From positions 1-32,421 of the forward strand of contig JBEIPA010000042.1 of NCBI GenBank assembly GCA_040377305.1: a stretch of 32,421 bases of DNA. Direction: 5' to 3'. Of the stretch, positions 27,304 to 32,421 are shown in pieces; positions within the stretch are counted from its first letter, which is position 1; every line of letters begins with the position of its first letter. A program made the position numbers and the translations under genes. A model generated the notes under the pieces. It did not search any database. It was given only the letters and a program-made list of their open reading frames with translations, and was not told the origin of the DNA. This stretch comes from Flavobacteriales bacterium (GTDB lineage Bacteria > Bacteroidota > Bacteroidia > Palsa-965).

Positions 27304-27975
27304 ATGATACGACGTTACAACTATTTACCACTAGTGTTGCTGCTGGCAGTCAGTGCAATTTTAGCCTCTGCAGGGTTTGCAGGGAAATGTCCGCACACGG
27401 CAAATGTTCAACTGGAGAGACAGAATGTGTTTTACATTGGTGTCGATAATCCAATCACCGTTTCTGTTAGTGGCATTGCTGCTGATAAAATTATTGTGGA
27501 AACAGACAATGGAACGGTGACGTCAACGGGAAAGCCCGGCGTTTATATAGTTCGCGTAGATTCGCTGAACAAAACAAATATTACCGTTTCGTATAAGTCT
27601 GGTGGTCAAACAACGACTTGCGCCCTGTATTCATATCGCAACAAGAAAGTGCCGGATCCGAGAACGTACATCAATAGTTTCAGGAGCGAAGGCGTGGTTC
27701 TTAAAGAAAACATCGCAAGCATCAACGGGGTCTTTACCCGCATGGAGAATTTTGACTTCGACTGCAGCTTCAAACCGCAATCCTTCAGCATGTCGGTGAT
27801 TGAAAACGGCGAATGGAAAGAATACAAAGCAATCGGACCTGAGCTGAGCCCCGAAATGAGGACTGCGCTTAGTAGATGCGAAGAGGAAGATAAAATTTTG
27901 TTTCATAACGTAATGACCAAAGGACCAGCAGGAGATATTCGTTTGGTGAATGCGGTGGTTATAACAGTGAAGTAA
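27304..27975 (+). CDS. GldM/PorM C-terminal-domain-like secreted protein
   Basis: Signal peptide then NVFYIGVDNPITVSVSG, KVPDP, FDFDCSF and KILFHNVMTKGPAG, resembling the distal GldM domains; 223 aa. Confidence 0.7.
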   Translation: MIRRYNYLPLVLLLAVSAILASAGFAGKCPHTANVQLERQNVFYIGVDNPITVSVSGIAADKIIVETDNGTVTSTGKPGVYIVRVDSLNKTNITVSYKSGGQTTTCALYSYRNKKVPDPRTYINSFRSEGVVLKENIASINGVFTRMENFDFDCSFKPQSFSMSVIENGEWKEYKAIGPELSPEMRTALSRCEEEDKILFHNVMTKGPAGDIRLVNAVVITVK

Positions 27976-28062
27976 TGGTTCAGACGAACCGCTAATTTTC
28001 GCGTGGAATAGCTTTCCATCGCTAAGCGCGATTTTCCTATTTTCGCAAAGCAAAACTCTCAC

Positions 28063-29610
28063 ATGAAGAAACTTCTACTCATTGCAGCAACAATGTTTTC
28101 CGTTGTCGCTACACAAGCTCAATGTCAGGCCGATTTCGGTTACACGAATGTGGTCAATGCCTTTTCTTTCACTGATTCTTCAACCACGGCTAGCGGCAGC
28201 ATTAGTGCCTGGCTCTGGACATTCGGGGACAATACAGCACCTGCCACAACACAAAATCCACAACATACGTATGCAGCCTGTGGTTATTACGAAGTAACGC
28301 TGAACATTGTCACCAGTTCGTTCTGTACTTCAATTTTCACAGATACAGTATATGTGTCGCAGGGAACGTTGCCTACATTCACCTTTACTGTTGACACAAC
28401 TACAGGTGATGTTGATTTTAACGGCGCACCTACTTCGACTACCATTGATTACGCCTGGGATTTTGGTGACGCGTCAATGGGTACAGGAGAGAATCCTACA
28501 CATACGTATGCTGTTTCCGGCAACTACGTTGTGTGTCTCACGGTAACTGACACAGCGGGATTCTGCACCTATATGTTCTGTGATACAGTTCCGGTGTACA
28601 TCGCACCAGCGAATTGTTCTGCAACATGGACGAACAATCCGCTTGGAGGGCAACAAACATTCACCGCCCAGCCTTTTGATCCGAACTGGAATTACTCGTG
28701 GGATTTCGGTGATGCATCTGCATTCGGAAATGGTTTCATCACGACGCACACATACACCGTTACAGGAACGTATACAGTTTGCCTCACCGTGACTGACAGT
28801 GCGAACAACTGTACTTCGCAGTTTTGCGATACTATTAATGTAGCTGTAAACTGCAATGCAACATGGACGAACCAAAGTCTGATTGCAGGTCAACAAACAT
28901 TTACGGCTCAACCATTCAACCTCGGCTGGACATATACGTGGGATTTTGGAGATGCGAGCGCACCCGGAAACGGCTTCGTCACGAATCACACTTACGCGAA
29001 CGCAGGCACGTACACCGTGTGTCTCACGGTTTATGATTCCGCAACAACATGTACATCGCAGTTCTGTGATACCGTGCAGGTTGTTTTCTCAAGCAATTGC
29101 CCCGTGACATTTACGAATGTTTATCTCGCTGGAAACATGGCATTCACTCCAACACCATTTAATCCGCTGAACACTTACGTTTGGGATTTTGGAGATGCGT
29201 CTGCACCATTCACCGGCCTGTTTGCGAATCACACGTACGCAGCTGCGGGCACGTATACCGTATGTGTTACGATGACAACATTTCAGGGATGTACAAGTAC
29301 ATTCTGTGACACGGTCATTGTACCGGCAGTGGGTTACGAGGAATACAATGGAGGAATTGGTGCAGTGATTGTTTATCCGAATCCTGCATCACAGGCGATA
29401 GCAGTAAATTATACGCTCACCGAAGGTTCAGACGTTACGTTCGAAGTTGTTGATCTCAGTGGACGTGTGATTTACGTTCGAACCGAAAATGAAATGCAAA
29501 CCGGAACCCAACGGGCAGAAATTTCTCTGGAAAACTTTGCCTCCGGCTCCTACGTATTGCTGCTCAGAACCGAAACAGGGCAGAGTAGAATACAATTTGT
29601 AAAAGAATAA
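28063..29610 (+). CDS. T9SS type A sorting-domain protein with five PKD domains
   Basis: Five W(D/T)FGD...HTY modules (units 3 and 4 spaced 237 bp) and a VYPNPA...DLSGR...GSY CTD. Confidence 0.9.
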   Translation: MKKLLLIAATMFSVVATQAQCQADFGYTNVVNAFSFTDSSTTASGSISAWLWTFGDNTAPATTQNPQHTYAACGYYEVTLNIVTSSFCTSIFTDTVYVSQGTLPTFTFTVDTTTGDVDFNGAPTSTTIDYAWDFGDASMGTGENPTHTYAVSGNYVVCLTVTDTAGFCTYMFCDTVPVYIAPANCSATWTNNPLGGQQTFTAQPFDPNWNYSWDFGDASAFGNGFITTHTYTVTGTYTVCLTVTDSANNCTSQFCDTINVAVNCNATWTNQSLIAGQQTFTAQPFNLGWTYTWDFGDASAPGNGFVTNHTYANAGTYTVCLTVYDSATTCTSQFCDTVQVVFSSNCPVTFTNVYLAGNMAFTPTPFNPLNTYVWDFGDASAPFTGLFANHTYAAAGTYTVCVTMTTFQGCTSTFCDTVIVPAVGYEEYNGGIGAVIVYPNPASQAIAVNYTLTEGSDVTFEVVDLSGRVIYVRTENEMQTGTQRAEISLENFASGSYVLLLRTETGQSRIQFVKE

Positions 29611-29617
29611 CTACGCA

Positions 29618-29656
29618 GGAAAGATCTTTCGGAAATCAATTCCGAAAGATCTTTTC
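29618..29656. terminator. Probable bidirectional terminator
   Basis: 15-bp perfect stem AAAGATCTTTCGGAA-ATCAA-TTCCGAAAGATCTTT between convergent genes. Confidence 0.75.
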
Positions 29657-29714
29657 ATATCCACAATCGCATCTCTATTAAAGAAGGTGTTCTTTTTTCT
29701 GTGTAAGATTTTAC

Positions 29715-30002
29715 TTACAGAAGAAGGATCAACAGAATGATAATGAGTAGCAATCCAGCTCCGGAAATAACAACGTAACCACCGCCGCGTGACGACGAAG
29801 TTGTGTTTTCGTTGCCGTTCTCGTCGGTAACAGGTGCAACTTCTTTCGCAACTACAGTTTCTTCGTTTGTTGCACCATCAGCTTTATTGACTACACGGAT
29901 TTCCTGCTTCACGGGTGGAGCATGATTCGGTTCTGCGGCTGCTACGGGGAAAGAGATGGCAACCATTGCTGCGATGCACATCGTAATCATTGACTTTTTC
30001 AT
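29715..30002 (-). CDS. Small exported protein with a C-terminal hydrophobic tail
   Basis: Signal peptide, polar linker and C-terminal SSSRGGGYVVISGAGLLLIIILLILLL. Confidence 0.8.
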   Translation of the reverse strand: MKKSMITMCIAAMVAISFPVAAAEPNHAPPVKQEIRVVNKADGATNEETVVAKEVAPVTDENGNENTTSSSRGGGYVVISGAGLLLIIILLILLL

Positions 30003-30038
30003 GGCTTGGTTTTTTTAGGTTAACGCCGTGAATAGTCT

Positions 30039-30054
30039 TGCAATCGTAATGCCG
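30039..30054 (-). promoter_or_regulatory. Putative sigma54 (-24/-12) promoter
   Basis: Minus-strand CGGCATTACGATTGCA has exact GG-N10-GC spacing and ends 36 nt upstream of ATG 30002. Confidence 0.6.
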
Positions 30055-30104
30055 ATCATTTCAAGTTCCCGGTTTCGGGTTCCTCTATTGGGAAACTTGG
30101 CAAA

Positions 30105-31013
30105 CTAGGCCGAAAGTGTAGCTTTTTCACGTTTCTGCTCGCGGTACTTGATCCACCCATTGAGGAAAATTGTGGACAGTATGATGCCGGATCCCACATA
30201 GAACCAGGTCGTGAGATCCTTGTCTTCGTGATAAATGAAGAAGGCGAAGATGATGCCGTACAGCGTTTCGAGATTCAAGGTGAGTGAAACCGTATACGGG
30301 CTAATCGTTTTCAGCACGTGCATGCTGATGAGAAATGGTAAGGATGTACAAGCAATTCCCAGCAACAGTAAATACCAGAAATCGGAAGTGGTCATTGCAA
30401 ATGGACTGCTTTCCCAGGGAGGAAAGAACAGAACGAAAATACTGAGCGCAATAAAGCCACCCGTCATTTCATAAAGAGAAACGACTGCGCCGTTGTGACC
30501 GTTTCGCACGAGCATTGCATTGAATACACCCATCAACGAAGATGTCAATGCAGCCAGCACACCGAGGATAATCCCCCACGCATATTTTGTTTCGACTCCG
30601 AAAATCATTCCGAGGGCAGCCAGCACCATTAAGCCTAGAACGATTTCGTACATCTTCACCTTTCGCTTGAAGAAAATCGGCTCTATGAATGCAGAGAAAA
30701 GTGAGCCTGTTGAAAAGCAGGCGAGCGTAATCGATACGTTACTGGCCTTCACGGATCCGTAGAATGTTAGCCAGTGAATAGCGACAATTACACCGATGCC
30801 GAAGTAGATTCCCAGACTTTTTAAGTCGGTCCGGAGCTTTTGGCGGCGTATGACCATGAACAGAAATATGCCAGTCAATGCAATAGGCATGCGCAACCAA
30901 ACGAGCTGCAAAGCCGGAAGCTCAATTGCCTTTCCGAGGATGGCGGTCCACCCCCAGATAAAGACGATAATATGCAGCAGGAAATAGTTACCGGCTTTCG
31001 ATTCTGTGTTCAT
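30105..31013 (-). CDS. EamA/DMT-family transporter
   Basis: About 10 TM segments in two repeats, with motifs IWGWTAILGK, HWLTFYGSVK and NLETLYGIIFA. A TACATTTG -7 box lies at 31029-31022. Confidence 0.92.
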   Translation of the reverse strand: MNTESKAGNYFLLHIIVFIWGWTAILGKAIELPALQLVWLRMPIALTGIFLFMVIRRQKLRTDLKSLGIYFGIGVIVAIHWLTFYGSVKASNVSITLACFSTGSLFSAFIEPIFFKRKVKMYEIVLGLMVLAALGMIFGVETKYAWGIILGVLAALTSSLMGVFNAMLVRNGHNGAVVSLYEMTGGFIALSIFVLFFPPWESSPFAMTTSDFWYLLLLGIACTSLPFLISMHVLKTISPYTVSLTLNLETLYGIIFAFFIYHEDKDLTTWFYVGSGIILSTIFLNGWIKYREQKREKATLSA

Positions 31014-31187
31014 TTAGGCGACAAATGTACACAATGAAAATTCCGTGAATTGGTGCGATTTTAACCCAAATTGCTCGTTTAGTGATGAGCCTGTCTTCTG
31101 ACTGAACACGTAAGAATAGACCTAAGAGCACTTGAACTTTTTGTAGGTTCGTAGCACCTTTGTATCATCAATAAATCACCACGGAAT

Positions 31188-32009
31188 ATGATTACGCGTT
31201 TCATTGCACTTGTCTCTATTCTTTTCCTCCCCCTGTTTGCCGCTGCGCAGTGTCAGGGTTCATTTACGTATACGATGAACGGGAACACCGTTACATTCGA
31301 CGGAATGGTATCTCCCGCACCATCGCCAAACGCGCAGTACTATTGGTGGTTCAGCGACAATAATCAAAGCTCAACACTTCAGGATCCTGTGCACACCTTC
31401 ACAAATGCGGGAACATATACTGTATGTTTTTCTGTTTATGATGCACAAAGCAACTGTATGGACAGCGTTTGTCAGACAGTAGTAGTTGGTGGTGGATGTA
31501 CTGCTGGTTTCACGGCGATCGATTCACTCGGTTATGTTTTCTTTTTTAGCAACACAACGGCATCGCCAGGTGGGATGTACTACTGGGATTTCGGTGATGG
31601 TAACTACTCCTATTCTGCAAACCCATCTCACGTTTATTCATCGCCAGGAAATTATATGGTGTGTCTAACTGTATACGATTCACTTCAAAACTTCTGCGAC
31701 TCCACGTGTAACCTGGTACAGTTTTCAACTGTTGGAGTTGCAGAAGAGATTTTCTTACAGAGTCTTGGCGCATCACCAAATCCTGCTGATGGCTCGCTGG
31801 CAATTACATTCAACGCAATTAATTCAGGAGTAGGTATGATCACTTTCTTCGATGCAACAGGCAAACTTGCATCGGAGAAAAGTGTATCACATTCTGCCGG
31901 GATGAACACAACAGAAATTAATACAGCAAACCTGCCTCAGGGAAATTACCTCGTGAAGATCGTGGTCAATGGAAATGAAGGCTGGACGAGAATTGCAATT
32001 ATACACTAG
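31188..32009 (+). CDS. T9SS type A sorting-domain protein with two PKD domains
   Basis: Signal peptide, two PKD modules (PVHTFTNAGTYTVC, WDFGDG...HVYSSPGNY) and a SPNPA...DATGK...GNYLV CTD. Confidence 0.88.
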   Translation: MITRFIALVSILFLPLFAAAQCQGSFTYTMNGNTVTFDGMVSPAPSPNAQYYWWFSDNNQSSTLQDPVHTFTNAGTYTVCFSVYDAQSNCMDSVCQTVVVGGGCTAGFTAIDSLGYVFFFSNTTASPGGMYYWDFGDGNYSYSANPSHVYSSPGNYMVCLTVYDSLQNFCDSTCNLVQFSTVGVAEEIFLQSLGASPNPADGSLAITFNAINSGVGMITFFDATGKLASEKSVSHSAGMNTTEINTANLPQGNYLVKIVVNGNEGWTRIAIIH

Positions 32010-32202
32010 TTCCAACGTTAAAGTTGGGATCCGGATCGCATTGCGCATCAGGATGACAGTGACCCGAAGTCGTTGCATGGCAGGCGCAACGATCGGGCTG
32101 TAGGTTGATCAAATGCCATAACCCCGTAGCTGTTGTTTAGGCTATGATCATCCGAAAAGTTGCCTCCTCTCCGACTTCGTGTGTTTTAGTCGGAGAACAA
32201 TA

Positions 32203-32240
32203 AGAAGGATACCGACGGGAGACGGTATCCTTCTGTTTTT
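32203..32240 (+). terminator. Rho-independent terminator
   Basis: AGAAGGATACCG-ACGGGAGA-CGGTATCCTTCT followed by GTTTTT. Confidence 0.8.
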
Positions 32241-32264
32241 ATACCCAACGATGTAGACTTCCTC

Positions 32265-32288
32265 CCGAGGGCTGAAGCCCACGGTTAT
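32265..32288. repeat. Short REP-like palindrome
   Basis: CCG-A-GGGC-TGAA-GCCC-A-CGG followed by TTAT. Confidence 0.45.
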
Positions 32289-32421
32289 CACTTTCAGTAT
32301 TGATATGATAGTGGTGGGGGGAAAAAATTGGAGGGGGCTTTTTTTGGCAACCCCAGACCGGTGATAATTTGTTCAGGTTTAACGGCTGATGAGGGGGGGG
32401 GGGTGGGGGATGTTGTGACCC

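Noticed and set aside
32310-32421. G-rich homopolymer tract considered as a G-quadruplex or phase-variation site
   Set aside because: Mixed poly-G/A/T runs at the very end of the sequence look like low-quality contig-end sequence; read support is needed first.

Overview
This is a Bacteroidota chromosomal segment, judged from TAnnTTTG -7 promoter boxes, T9SS sorting domains and the glmS-DUF4270-GT5-panC synteny. Housekeeping genes (sodA, glmS, panC, riboflavin synthase, metF, lepA, long-form ispG, an EamA transporter) are interleaved with six predicted type IX secretion substrates. Two of these are tandem type-B-CTD paralogs flanking a lipoprotein, and four are type-A-CTD PKD/repeat proteins. 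Also present are an ECF sigma factor paired with a zinc-finger anti-sigma/TonB-C fusion, an OmpA-domain protein and a stand-alone GldM C-terminal-like protein. The window opens with the 3' end of an IS110-family transposase that is missing from the ORF track and abuts a REP-like palindrome. Many intergenic regions carry REP-like, nested-palindrome or inverted heptamer repeats. The best leads are: (1) the ECF/anti-sigma-TonB locus, with an unannotated 49-aa lipoprotein whose 3' region is antisense to the ECF leader; (2) the motor-less GldM-like protein; (3) the IS110-REP junction; (4) a structured candidate sRNA near 32.1 kb; and (5) a sigma54-type promoter driving a small tail-anchored protein. 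All calls are by eye from motifs; no database searches were run.
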